Assembly (NCBI GenBank): GCA_964234715.1
Contig: OZ174278.1
From: Podarcis melisellensis
Lineage: Eukaryota
Strand: one strand, 5' to 3'
DNA: 64,000 nt
Each line of letters opens with the position of its first letter. Positions within the stretch are counted from its first letter, which is position 1. Below, one piece after another: positions 50,301 through 63,594 of this stretch. The notes under the pieces are model-generated. The model was given only the letters and a program-made list of their open reading frames with translations. It searched no databases and had not been told where the DNA came from. The position numbers were made by a program, and so were the translations under genes.

Positions 50301-53149
50301 TGAAGGTGTAAGGTGAGTGAGAGAATAAAAAGAGCATCGTGCTCATTGTTCAAATCATGGATGTCATGGCTGAACCTCAAAATCCTTCTGTTCATCTTTT
50401 CACTCAGAAGAGGTACAAGTCCATTTCAAAACAGGTCGTCCCATGCTGTTGTTTCTCTTTGACCATCATCGCAGCACCTTCTGACCACTAGCAGTGAGTC
50501 TGAAGCAGGAATAGGGAACCTGTGACTGACCAGATATTATTGGACTCCAACTCCCATCAGCCCCAGCCAGCATGGCCTATGGTCAGGTTGATGAGAGCTG
50601 TAGTCCAGCAACATCAGGAGGGCCACAGGTTCCTGATCTCTGTTCTAAAGGACCCACAAGAAACAGAAACTGAATTTCAAGGTATCCATAGTGTCTTCAA
50701 CTGTGGTCAATTTATTTCTCGTAAAAAAAATGCCTGTTCTCAAGAATTCGTGAATCAACTAATGTCCAAGTCATTGGTGGTGTTGGGACAATGTGGCTGC
50801 CACATGGATCATGTTTGGAATTGCTGAAACAGATAAATGTATGTCTGCACATGCTATTGCCAAAGTCATATGAAAGGGCAACAAATGGGGTGATCTGAAG
50901 ACAATCCTGGCTGTTGCTACATGATCTTTGTACTGGATGGAGACTGAATAGCAACAAAGCTTTAGGGAGCACTCCCTGTGCCAACTCCATAGTCAAGATG
51001 CCACTCATGATTATTGGTCCAGATTATTATTGTTTTATTTGTCCAATAAAATTTTAATTGCATAATATTTCAAGAAGCTTGTGTATATGTTTGTTCAATC
51101 ACGCAGTGTGGCAAATCCATGTTTACCTAATAGACTGTGGTGATTTAATAAAAACTCCCGCAAACTATCCAGTAAATAATATATTTTTTTGTTATTATCA
51201 ACACAGGTGCCAAAAATAATGAACTTCATTTATCCGTTTTGGCCAGATTGTTAGGAAACAATTATGTGGGGCTTTTAAAAAAATACATTAAAATTTGGAT
51301 CATATTCAATGGTATCAAGACTCATCTCCATTACAGAGGGCAGGGGAGAACCAGTTGTGAAGTTACATCCAAAAGGCTGTTTTTAATTAACCAGCACTTC
51401 ACCTTTGAATACCCTTGCTGTGTCAAGATATTACTGCAAATATTGTTTCTGAGATCAGTTACTTATCTCAAACTGCAGCAAAGACTGACAACAAGGTGCT
51501 GGATTTTAATGCTAGAGAAAGTTCCTGTTGTCTTCGTACTGTGCTTCTCCTTCCAAAGTCCTCACAAATTCTTTTCATGCTGAATTTCTGCTGCTTTGGA
51601 CCAAGATGAATTTTGCAATTTGTATTTTCCCTTGAAAATGGCAGTTGCAGCAGCAAGTCATTAAAAATGAAAAACACCATTTTGAAACCCCTTTGCTCAG
51701 CATTTTGCCTATTGAATCCATATCTTAATGATAGACGCTTCAAGAGAAAAGATTGATAGACATGTCTGCGCAGATGTTTGATGATGTGTTAAGCCCTTTG
51801 GGAGGGGGGTGTCTAGTAAAACAAATAAGAGAAAATGGAGCATTATAATGATGTGGATACAATCAGTTTCTGCACAAGTGTAAGAATTCTGATACGTTGA
51901 ATAAAATATGGCTTGTGTGCATGTTTATAAACTCCAATCTCTAGCCTTATTTCAGTTTCCTTTAAATGGAATCTCAGGCTTTACTGTACTTTACAATACT
52001 TTATCATACATTACAATGGCTACTAATCATGATGACAACAATGTACCTTCACTGCTGGAAGCAGTTTCCTTCTGAATACTAGTTGCTGGAAATTGCAGGA
52101 GAGGAGACTGCTCTTATGTTCAGAGCCTACTTGGGAGTTTCTGATTGGCCACCATGAGAATATGATGCTGGACTAGATGGGCCATTGGTCTGATCCAGTA
52201 TGCTTTTCATATGTTCCTAAGTACTTAAAATAGTCTATAAAGATTTATCCCCCCCTGAAAGTGAATGTGCTGGACCAGAGATGGTGGCACTTTTACATGC
52301 AAAGTTTTGGAAGGAACTATTGGGAAGCAAAACACTGAAGCCTCCTAGTGACACAATCTGCTCTTCATATTTACAGGACAACTCAACTCAAAATAAGTGT
52401 GCTTCAAAAATATTTTTAAATGAATAGGAAGATTGCTTAAAAGAAGCTTTTCATTACTGATTAGGAGTGGGGTTTTTTGTGTTTAATCCTGCTCCCAGAT
52501 AAGTCAAATTTAATTCTGTAAAGCTTCATTTAATTCCTAGGAAGTGTCGATACTGGGGCTTAAAAAGTGCAGTGCTTAACCAATAGTAAGTTAATTATTA
52601 GCTAATTTGTGCTAATTATGAAAGATAAAGCCTCTGGATGGACAAGTACTTTATCTTGCTTTCAAGACTGGTTGCATAAACTCCAACCTTCAGATGGCTT
52701 TTAAAACTTTATAGCTACTATTTTGGCTGATAGCCACTTCCAACATTTTGCATTTCCTACTCAGAAACCTTTAAGTGTGGGGTGGGGGGGGGCATGCCGA
52801 GTGCATGCAAACTGCCGCAAATGACCATCACTGCCACACCTGCTTAGTTGCATGGACATGTATTGAGAGAAGCTAAGTATGATTGAGTCTTTCCCACGCA
52901 TAGGGCCAGCCCACTGAGGTGAACAGGAATCCCGCATGGGTGCCCCACCACCACTGGAGAAGTGAGGAGAAGCAGCAGTGGCAGCTTCAGGAGAGATCCC
53001 ATGGAAGCAATGGCTCTGCAGCGGCAGGCGATGGCACCGTGGCCCATCCCTGCCCACATATATGGACCAATGCTCTAAAACAGAAGTAGGTGCTAGCATC
53101 ATTTGACATTTTAGATAAGCACTGCATTGTATGTTTTTTGCCCTCAGGG

Positions 53150-53275
53150 AATCATAGAATCAGAGCATTGTAGAATTGGGAGGGATAGTCCAATAAGCAG
53201 TTGTCCCATACGGGGATCAAACCTGCAAACTTGGCATTATCAGCACCCTGTTCTAACCAACTAAGCTATCCAGGC
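53150..53275 (-). mobile_element. tRNA-Ile-derived SINE with CR1-type tail
   Basis: Minus: ggatagcttagttggttagaacagggtgctGATaatgccaagtttgcaggtttgatccccgtatgggac...ttctatgatt. Confidence 0.8.
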
Positions 53276-54678
53276 GTGCTATATAAAGTGCTATTTGTGT
53301 AAGAAACTAAACAGTAAACAACTAGGGGAGTTGTTAGGAGGTGGCCCAGGGGGCATGAGACATGGGTTGTTTGCACTGGGCCTTACTTCCCCTGTCCTTT
53401 CTCTCCCTTTTTAGACCATTTAAACTTTATTTTGCTGGCTGGGGACGGTGGGAATTGTAGTCCAAAATATCTGTAAGGCACAAAGTGGACAAAGGCTGCT
53501 ACAGGAGCAAGAACCCTGTACAACTTGGGCCCCATGTCCCAAGGAAGCCTGACCTGCAGAATTTTTTGTTATGGGGTTGGTGTCTTCACTTTCCCCCTCT
53601 TTCTTTATTTCTTTGCAAAATCTGCTGCTGCTTCTTCTTTTTAAAAAAAGCCTTGGTACATTGAGACTATGCACATGTGAAGTGTGCAATGATTAAAAAT
53701 TAGGAACATAAGAAGGTGTCTTATACAGAGTCTATCTAGCTCAGTACTATCTACACAGATTGGCAGCAGCTCTCCAGGGCTTCAGGCAAGCTTCTCTCTC
53801 ATCTCTACCTGGAGGCGCCAAAGATTGAACCTGGGACCTTCTGCATGTAAGGCAAATGCTCCTAGTACTGAGCTACAGCCTTTCCCCACTGTGTCACTAA
53901 TCTATTGCAATTCACATCACAAACCCACCCCAGGTCCTTGGGCTAAGAGGAAGATTCCATTTCTCTCCTTGCTCCCTGCCAATTTTGGTTGTTCTGGTAT
54001 AACAATGGTTTGTCCTGCAGTACTGCAGATCAGGATGCATGGGAAAAGATGGTTCTAGACATCACTTTTCACAGTAGAATTAGTTGCTCTGCCACAAGAT
54101 GAATGGGTAGAGTTCTTTGGCTGCAGTCTTATGCTCACATAGACACTGAACACAGTGGAATGTAGTGCTGAATAAATGTACATAGACTCAGACTGCGTGT
54201 TTCACCTTTGTTTGAGAAAACACTGGCACCCTTCACATGCTTTAAGGGGCTGTATGCAATTACTGTGGAGCAGGACGTCAATGCTGTGCTTGCCCCAGCA
54301 TCACCCTTGTCACCGGATTGAACTCTGTGACGTACACCTATGTGTACTCACTTGCCCATTCATAGGCACCTCTTTGAAGGCAATCATGCTCGGTGCATGG
54401 ACATGGAGGGGGCAGGACCAGGTGTGCACGAGATGCTGAGGGTGGGTCCGGTGACATGGCTCCACCCCCCACCCCCCCAGTAATCATTCCCATGCATATA
54501 GTGTGTGAACAGGGAAATCATTTCAACTATGTTTTTGCTCTGGGTCCTCCCCTTCCTATTTCTCCTAGATTTCTGATGCTAATTTGTTTTGGTTCTGAAG
54601 GTCAACTGTCTTTCCTAAGAAGGATAGCAAATAATATTTCTTTCTTGGTGCCATGCCAAGAGGCATTTTTATGAGCAT

Positions 54679-55516
54679 GTTGTTGTTTAGTTGTTTAGTC
54701 GTGTCCGACTCTTCATAGCCCCATGGACCAGAGTATGCCAGACACTCCTGTCTTCCACTGCCTCCCACAGCTTGGTCAAACTCATGTTAGTAGCTTCGTC
54801 CTCTGTTGTCCCCTTCTCCTTGTGCCCTCAATCTTTCCCAACATCAGGGTCTTTTCCAGGGAGTCTTCTCTTCTCATGAGGTGGCCAAAGTACTGGAGCC
54901 TCAGGTTCACGATCTGTCCTTCCAGTGAGCACTCAGGGCTGATTTCCTTCAGAATGGATAGGTTTGATCTTCTTGCAGTCCATGGGACTCTCAAGAGACT
55001 CCTCCAGCACATTAATTCAAAAGCATCATTTCTTCAGTGATCAGCCTTCTTTATGGTCCAGCTCTCACTTCCATACATCACCACTGGGAAAACCATAGCT
55101 TTAACTATATGGACCTTTGTCGGCAAGATGATGTCTCTGCTTTTTGAGGTGCTGTCTAGGTTTGTCATCATGGGAAGTGGGTGGCGCTGTGGGTTAAACC
55201 ACAGAGCTTAGGACCTGCCGATCGAAAGGTTGGCAGTTCGAATCCCCGCGGTGGGGTGAGCTCCCATCGTTCGGTCCCAGCTCCTGCCTACCTAGCAGTT
55301 CGAAAGCACCCCTAAGTGCAAGTAGATAAATAGGGACTGCTTTCTAGCGGGAAGGTAAACGACGCTTCCGGTCTCTTGAGCGAGATGAGCGCACAACCCT
55401 AGAGTCGGGCACGACTGGCCCTGATGGGCAGGGGTACCTTTACCTTTACCTAGGTTTGTCATCACTTTTCTCCCAAGAGGCAGGCGTCTTTTAATTTCAT
55501 GACTGCTATCACCATC
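54679..55516 (-). mobile_element. RTE-BovB LINE 3' fragment, interrupted by a Sauria SINE
   Basis: CWR.LLRVPWTARRSNLSILKEISPECSLEG...LQYFGHLMRREDSLEKTLMLGKIEG and DGDSSHEIKRRL.LGRKVMTNL; (CAA)n tail; possible TSD tgagcat (54672-54678 / 55517-55523). Confidence 0.95.
55171..55449 (+). mobile_element. Sauria SINE
   Basis: gggtggcgctgtgggttaaaccacagagc...gttcgaatcccc...gtgcaagtagataaatag...(acctttt-like)n tail; 15-bp TSD ctaggtttgtcatca (55156-55170 / 55450-55464). Confidence 0.92.
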
Positions 55517-55903
55517 TGAGCATCGCTGCAGGTAATAAACAAGAATTAGTTTATTATGCTTAATCCTAACTAGTGCTTTTGCACTGCGCTCACCACCAAA
55601 TTGCAGCTGTTTTGCTGGAGATTTATAGGGCATATGAATGGACACAAAAATGATGAATACCACTAAACACAGAAGACTGCATCTCAAGCCAGGAGCTTGT
55701 TTTCTCTAGGTAATGACCTATAACAGATCGATACGTTCCTGGCACTATATAAACACTCTATCTTGTGCATTTCAGAATCCTCAAGATTTATTCTAATCTA
55801 GTATATTTTCATGTCTACCTTAAATTGCTTCTTAAGCCCTGGATGAATTAAAACTCAAATGTTCACTTATGCTTAGTATCCTTTGCACTGATGCATCCTG
55901 CTA

Positions 55904-56128
55904 CAGTGGTACCTCGAGTTACAAACGCCTCAGGTTACAAACTTTCCTAACCTGGAAGAGTTACCTCAAGTTGAGAACTTTGCCCCAGGATGAGAATGGA
56001 AATCGTGTGCTGGTGGCGCAGCGGCAGCAAGAGGCCCCATTAGCAAAAGCACACCTCTAGTTAAGAACAGTTTCAGGTTAAGAACGGACCTCCGGAATGA
56101 ATTAAGTTCGTAACTAGAGGTACCACTG
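55904..56128 (-). mobile_element. Tc1/mariner MITE, copy 6
   Basis: TA|cagtggtacctc...gaggtaccactg|TA; same orientation as copy 1. Confidence 0.9.
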
Positions 56129-57965
56129 TATTTCGACTCACTCATGTGTTGGATTCGCTTCCCTTGCCATCATTGTTTAAAAGTTCCTTTATTTTCCATC
56201 AATCCCAGTCTACAAATAAGGACTACAACAGAGCCAATGCAGTGTAATGCCTAGAGCAAGGTCAGTATCTGGAGGAAAAGTAACTACATTTGCTACTCCT
56301 AGAATAGTGTAAGGTTAGGAGCAGGGGAAGCCAGATTCAAATGCCCCACTCTGCCATGGGGCACTCATGCCACTCTCTCTCCTAACCTACCTCACAGGGT
56401 TGTTGTGAGAATGAGATGTGGAGAAGAACCTTGGACGCTGCCCTGAGATCCTTGGTGAATTTGTTTTTAATACTGTTTTTAATGCCTACCCTGATACAAC
56501 CTACCCTGATGCCCTAGGCTGAAGGGCAGATAATAAATAAATAAATATAAATTTTAAAAGAGAAAGTGGGTACAAATATAATTAATAGCAGCAACTCATC
56601 CCAGTTCTTAGGTGCAGAACTCATGATCTTCAGGCAATTTCATTTAAAGCCTCTGTACTAGCAGGTCTGAAACATGTTTCTACATGCTGCTTCTTAGAGC
56701 TGAGAGGAGTAATACCATTTAGCATTTATACGGAACTTTAGAGCCCATATGAAATTACTTTATAGTGAGTCAGAACATTTGTCCACATAGGCTGCTCTTA
56801 TCTTGCAGACCTTTTCCAAGTCTTAACTGGAGATGCCAGGGATCTCATATATTTAAGACATGCACTCTAGCAATGGCCTGTGGACTTTCTCTGTTGCTCT
56901 TACTTACAGCAAAGTGTGCCAGTACACTTGCTGTTAGCTATGTGATGGGTGAGGCTGAGAAGTGAGGCACTGGAGGCCACCAGCATCTCAAAGGAGGCTT
57001 CTTCTCATAAAGAGCAGCAAAGTAGATATAATGGCAAGGTTAATCCAATATTTATTTGTGCAAATAAACAGGATTCATCTAGGTTTATTTTATTTCTGCA
57101 GACAAACACATGTTTAGGACTTAATGTAGTTTTCACTTTCAAACAAACTTCATATTCCATAAAACATGTAAGGAAGCTGCAACTGTCCATCTCAGTTCTA
57201 AGGTAACCCTTAGTGCTAAGCAAAATGCCCAGTTCTGCTTTCTTATAGAAATGACACTGGACTGACTATGCCTGCTATATTCATTCCACAGACCAACCAG
57301 CTTCCCCCCTTCTTTGTTCTGAGATCACAGGTTTATGTAATTTATGAAATCTAAGACTGAGCAATGCACTTGTCCAAGGGAGAGGATGTAAAATCCCATC
57401 CCACTGTGGATAGTGCCTGCTGTTCCATTGATTTTCATAAGGGTTGTTTATTCATAAGCTCTGTGTTTAAAGAAGACTGTGGTGCATGAATGAATGAATG
57501 TCACTGGATGTTCCTGTCTTGAATATTCACAGGGAAGTTTATGGAAAGCAATACTTTTGATCACACCACACCACCTTTTGATGATCCCATGATGGGCACG
57601 TGTTGAAGAATTCAGAGAAATGTGAAGCCCCCTACAATTTCAGCATGGAAAGCTCACTCAATCAAAGTGTTCACCAGCGAAATGGATCAAGGTTGCTAAC
57701 CTTCCCTACAGCTAAAAAAAAGGTAGTTGTGTCTTTGTGTGGAGAGGACTTCATCTATTTTTCCTTTCTGTACCTATGCCATCTCTTTTCAGGACGATCC
57801 TACAGCAACTTTGGAAATGTCTATGGAAAGTTCCTTCAGCTCTACAGTTTACCATTTAACACTTCCACAATTTCTTCACATACTCTTTTTATACAACATG
57901 ATTCTATGATAACAATTCCCTCCTTTCCATCACCCATTTTTGGTCCTCTGCTTTACCTCTTTTAT

Positions 57966-58074
57966 TGTTGTTGTTGTTGTTTAGTCATTTAGTCGTGTCC
58001 GACTCTTCATGAGCCCATGGACCAGAGAACGCCAGGCACTCCTGTCTTCCACTGCCTCCCGCAGTTTGGTCAAA
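57966..58074 (-). mobile_element. Short BovB 3' insertion
   Basis: (TTG)n ttagtcgtgtccgactc...tttggtcaaa; 11-bp TSD acctcttttat (57955-57965 / 58075-58085). Confidence 0.9.
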
Positions 58075-58178
58075 ACCTCTTTTATAGAAGTGGCTTTATT
58101 TCTGCCATTTTGTCATTTAGTTGAGTGACAAATTTTGCCGGAAACAAATAGCAATAGTGAGTTGAAAAAGCAGAAGGT

Positions 58179-58641
58179 TGTCCTGGCTCCCACCCAGACT
58201 ATGACAACCGAGGCTTTTACTTGAGAGTAAGGAAGCTATCTTAATGGAGGCAGTGAAGAGATACAGGCTCAGTAACAGATAAGAGTCACAACTGCTGCTA
58301 TGCTCAGGCTGGATTCCAGGAAAGGTGAAACTAGCCAGTCAAGAAGAAGCAGCTCAAGTCCAAGAAGTCCAAGGTCGGGGCAAGGAGCTCAGAGCTGCAC
58401 AGAAGCATCTGAGTTGTCCCAATGGATGGGCACACCAAGTTTCTCCATCTACTCACCACCAGAGCGCCACCTGCTTTTGACAGCCCCAGGTATCTCCAAG
58501 TGGACCCAATCCAACCAGGGGCAATTCAGGGCTGCCTCAACTCAATCCAGCCGAATCCCATGTCAATATGAATCAGTCCAATTCAGTTTGGGGTCTGGGA
58601 TCTGTTTAGCAATCCTATAAACCAATAATGAAGCCATAACA
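58179..58641 (-). mobile_element. Possible old solo LTR
   Basis: tgtcctgg...cataaca termini and LTR-like length, but no matching TSD. Confidence 0.35.
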
Positions 58642-60046
58642 CTGCCAAATGAGACTACAAGAAGCATGGTCAAACATTAAGGGACAACAGTGGAGGAAAT
58701 TTCTCCCACATAGACATCTCTCAGCCCAACAACAAGAGAGCGGTAGAAGCAGGATGAACTCTATATTCCCTTACACTGAGTTCTGTTTGGAGATTACTAG
58801 ACTGTAAGTGGACAGAACATTCCCATCAGCTTCCACATGATGCAAAGCTTACATTGGCTTCAATAAAGGACCTGCATCCTTCTGTTTAAGAGTACATTAG
58901 ACACTTGAGGATACATTTTACAATGTTACAATAATTACCCCAAGTCAATTACTGTCGTTTTTAACCATAGCAATTTGTCAATCCAGCTAGAAAAAATATT
59001 CTGATGTTTCAGTTACACTCTTATCAGTACTCCAGAGAAAGTTAAATGTTAATTTCCTTTTACTGCTGTTTTCTCTCCCATAAAGCCAACAAAGTCTCAT
59101 GATTACATTATTTGAGTAGAAAGCAAAGCAGGTGCTGATAGGAGTAAGGAATGGCATTTCTTCAAACCATAAATCTCCTAGCAATTGTTCACTACAGGCT
59201 TGGATGTTAGTTAATTTTCTTAAACTCTGTAGTAAATGAACTTTGTTCCCCTGCAAGGCTGAACTTTTTCTATAGCTTAGCTACTCAGCAGAACTACTGG
59301 GAAGTAGCCCATTACTGCAGATGGGAAAGTGAGGTAGAGGGATAATATTATAGAATCATGCATGGGTATGTGCTTCCACTCTGGATATCACAAGGTCATT
59401 AATTCTTCTGATATGGAATTAGTTATATTTTTGGCCTCAGGTGTTAAGGGAGGAAACAGGTGATGGTGACACCACCACCATTCATACATTACAGGGAACA
59501 CGATTTTCTGTGTCCCAAAAACTGAAGTATAAAACAGATAGTGGGGGGTTAGTGTGATTGTGAGGCAGACAAATACAAACCTGTGCTGTCTAAATGTATT
59601 GTAAATATGAAAGAATCATACCTGCAGATCCCATACGAGAAGCTCCCTCAGCTTCCATATGCCCTACAGCACTGGCTCTGAGCAATTACATAATGCAAAA
59701 TGAATGTGTCTCTTTTCATCTCTTAGATGCAGGAGAACTCCATGGGATGGCTGGTACTGAAGTGGAAAATCTCTCTACAGAGCTGGAGGGGCAATTTGAA
59801 GAGCTCTTTGATCTGTGAATATACTTACAAGGGTCAGAAAAGGGTTGCAGAAAGGAACTGACTGGCCCTGATTTGACACATTCCACAGTCACGGGCCATC
59901 AGAAGAGCATGAGGAGAAGAGCATGAGTTCTGTTAGGCATGAAGAACTGAACACCAGCAGAACTTCAGTCCTTTCTGTGTTGGGACTTGTAGTAGCAGGA
60001 AAGGACTGAATTAAATTGGTTAAGATCCTTACCCATAGATCTTGAC

Positions 60047-60616
60047 TGCCATGGACTGGTTGAATGCAGAGGAATCATGGGAAGAACCAGCTGGAGAACC
60101 ACCAAGGGAAGACTGCTCAGAACCTGGGGAGTGGTGGTGGGATGACAATGAGCAGTCATAGGGAGATGACTGGAAAGAGGTGTCAGAAGCTGAAAAGGTA
60201 ACAGAGCTTAGTGAGCTGGGACAATTTGTGGCAGGAAGAAGTCAAGAATCAGAGGCAGAAACTGTCGGGTATGAGGAGAGAGGCCAAGAAGCAGAGATGA
60301 GTCAGGCTGGTGAAGAGTCACTGGTGTCTCCCTTCCTTCTGTGACAAGCTCCCCTCCCCCATCTCCCAGAACCAGGAGAGGCATGAAAAGTGTAGAGAAG
60401 AGATTGCTTGGGGGAAACCATGGAGAGGAGACATAGACCGCTGTGGGGAGATGGAGACCTTTGGACTCGGCAACTGATTTCATGGAGTAAAACCACTGGG
60501 AATGAGCTGCTGTGCTCATTAGGCCTGACACTCAGCCAAGTCTGTGGAGATTGTGTTTTTGCTAATAAAGAGATAACTTTGAACTGTGTGGTTACTAACC
60601 GGCACCTTCTGTGACA
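60047..60616 (+). mobile_element. Solo LTR (Gypsy-type), 570 bp
   Basis: TGCCATGG...GTGACA termini; AATAAA near 60564; TSD ttgac / ttggc (4/5 match). Confidence 0.75.
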
Positions 60617-62329
60617 TTGGCCTTGGTCAAAACACCAAAATCGCCACAGCTGGACATTGCCTTCATTTTGTTTACTTGCTATAAACGACAAGCCTGATTC
60701 CATTATAGTGCAATACTGAGGCAAGTGGGTCACTCCAGGAGGACATGATAAAATGTATAATTTCACTGCATCTCATTTACACATAATGAACAAGAGTGTT
60801 TTCATAACATTTATTTAATAATAATCAATAAGCATTTAACATCTGGAATCATCAAAGCAAGGAACCTAGATTCTGTTCTATTTAGTTTTAAGAACGATGA
60901 GAATCTCCAGATCAGCCTTTCTCAACCCAGATGCTGTTGGACTACAACTCCCATCATCCCTAGCCAGTAGGGCCAGTGGTCAGGCATGATTGGAATTGTA
61001 GTGCAACATCTGGTGGCACAAGGTTGAAAAAGGCTGCTCAAGAATCTAACAACATTCAGTAACCAGAAAGTCCAGATATACATGCTATCCACATGTGTGT
61101 TGCATGACTTTATGCTAATTTCAAGCAATATTAGCAAACTATATTTCAGTACGGTGATTTGCCTCAGTACCAGAGTCTTTCAGATAAAGGTTTCCTCTCC
61201 TAGCATGGGTAGATCTACCCATTTTGCTGGTGAAGGAATAGTTAAATCTTCTATTTGTCCTTGGGAACACCCAGTATGTTTCATTTTAATCTCAGCTCCA
61301 ACTTGCCTATTAATTATTAGCACTAATTTCAGAGTAGCACCTAGAGGATTTAACGAAGATTAGTGCCCCGTTGCCCTTGAGATGGTGCAAAAGCCATAGA
61401 CAAGGGGAGGGCACAATCTTGCCTCACTGGGCTTCTCCCAACTCACTTATCAACAAAATGGAGAATATATGAAGATTTGCTTGAAGATTTTTTAAACTGC
61501 CCAACTAAACAACACAAGGATTACATGACTGCTTTTATCTATTTGCTCAAAAGAAAGAAAGGATGTCTTGCTGTTTCTCTTGCCTCACATGAACTCCAAA
61601 AGATGCACCAAAACCAGGATCAGGTAATAGTTGCTACACAAGAAGCTACCTTATAATGGAGTCGGACCATGGGTCTGAAGCAGTGTTGAAGCAGAGCCAG
61701 GATGGTTTCTGCAAGGGCAGGTCTTCACAAAGCATATAAAATAGTGGTAATCTGGTTAGTATAGTGTACTTTAATTTTTAAAAGGCTTTCAACAAGAGAG
61801 CTCATGCATTCCTAGTGGGCATGTGACAAGTTTACTAGGTTCTCGCAAAACATTTTTGATGTTTGATATTATTGGTCAATCACTGAACCCAAATCCTTCT
61901 CTGGCCTTCCTGTCACTAGATGCTGATCTAGACCCTTCCCTTATACATAAGGACCTAACTGCCCTACAATTTAGGATGGCTCATTTAGAGATCGCCTCCC
62001 AATTGAAAGGCTCCCAGAGGTCCATCTCCGACGGAATGGCAAGGGAAAGTTTGGGACCTGGCTCTTTCTGAGCATCTCTTGAAACACAGAAGGGTGGTTC
62101 GATGTCATACTAAACCTGATTGGTTTGACAAGGTATGGTCCCCTATACACCTCTATGTAAATAAAAGTGATATTAATGTTAAACCTCCAGCCAATCACAC
62201 TTACTTATGGACAGGCTATGTTATAGATAGGTGAAGCCTTAGCAATCCATTCAATGATGAGTTGTTTGACAGCAGCCCCCTCCCAAACCCCCACTGAAAA
62301 TCCACTGCAAAGACATCTTGTCTGGATTC

Positions 62330-62505
62330 ATAACTCCAAACAACTGTATTTGGAGCATGATGTTGTCAGTATGCAGATCATACCTATTTCTCTATTCCAT
62401 CTCAACCAAGAGAGGCTGTTCAGGTAACTGAACCAGGGTCTGGGACCAGTGATGGGACCATGAGAGCTCACAAGCAGAAGCTAATTCCTGACAAGACGGA
62501 GGTTC
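62330..62505 (+). mobile_element. Old L2 RT fragment
   Basis: QYAD-like cagtatgcagat and PDKTEV (cctgacaagacggaggt). Confidence 0.6.
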
Positions 62506-62604
62506 AAAATTTAGGAAATGCAAAGGTTTTTAAAATATTCTTTATCTAGACTTTTAACTGATAGTTTTATGGTGTACTGGTTTTAACTACTGCCTGTAAT
62601 CCTT

Positions 62605-62683
62605 CCAGTAGCACCTTAGAGACCAACTAAGTTTGTTATTGGTATTGGTGAGCTTTCTCGTGCATTCACACTTCTTCAGATAC
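62605..62683. mobile_element. Penelope-like element terminus
   Basis: agtagcaccttagagaccaact...gagctttc...cacttcttcagatac resembles reptile Penelope ends. Confidence 0.6.
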
Positions 62684-63575
62684 CATCTGAAAACCCAGGG
62701 AGGAAGGCTGGGTTTTCAATTTGAAATCTAAAAAATGCATTCTAGTCGTTCAGTCAGGATTCAATCTGCAAAGGACCACCTTCTCCAAGTATGTTTTCTG
62801 TCACTAAGACCCCATCACCACACAGACATACCACAACAACCATTATGTAGTTAATAGTGCAAATTAACATGCCCTGGGAAAAGATTGAAAATGTGTGTCA
62901 TCCCGCCCTGCCCAATGCAATCATTTGCCATCAGGAGAATTGTGACCCCATAGTAAACCTGCCACTTCAAAAATCATTGTGTCTAGCTCAGCAAAAATCC
63001 AACCCACTGAAATAAGCTCAGCAAATCTCCCTTATTTCATTTAATCAAAGACAGGCTCTTGTGCTGTTACAAGCCCATTGGCATTTTTAGCATATCAGTA
63101 TACAGAAAAGCTGTAGGTTAAGAATCTGCAAGGCTGCAGTTTGCTAAAATTATACAAAGTGCCAAGACAGATTTTAAAATTGCCAGCAAACCCACTTTTA
63201 ATGGCTGCTCTTCATCTTGTCAGTGTAAAATGGAATATATATATAATCAGTGAAAGAAACATACAGGCTTCCTACACTTCTCTGTAGAATCATTCAGTCA
63301 AATATAGCTCTCTGTCAATACTGTAGAGAGGAACAAACAAGGAAAATGCAACATTAAAACCAAACAAACAGGGAAGCCATTAATCAGATTTCTACCAACC
63401 TTTTATCAAATCTATTAAACATTCTGAAATGGTTACAGAAATGGAAGAATATTGATTCAGTCCAATTTTCTTCTGAAAAGGGACTCTGGAGTTGCTTTTC
63501 AGACCATTCCTCTATATATTTCTGGGCACTTCCAGGTGGCCATTGAATGGATTCTGCAACTTTCTCTTTTTATTA

Positions 63576-63594
63576 TATCCACTAGATGGCATCT
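63576..63594 (+). promoter_or_regulatory. Candidate CTCF site
   Basis: CCACTAGATGGCA at 63579-63591 matches the CTCF core, in non-repeat DNA. Confidence 0.45.

Noticed and set aside
53195-53275. tRNA-Ile gene (also 4597-4670; tRNA-Asn at 8845-8911)
   Set aside because: Stems are degenerate and each is fused to a CR1-type tail, so these are SINE heads rather than tRNA genes.
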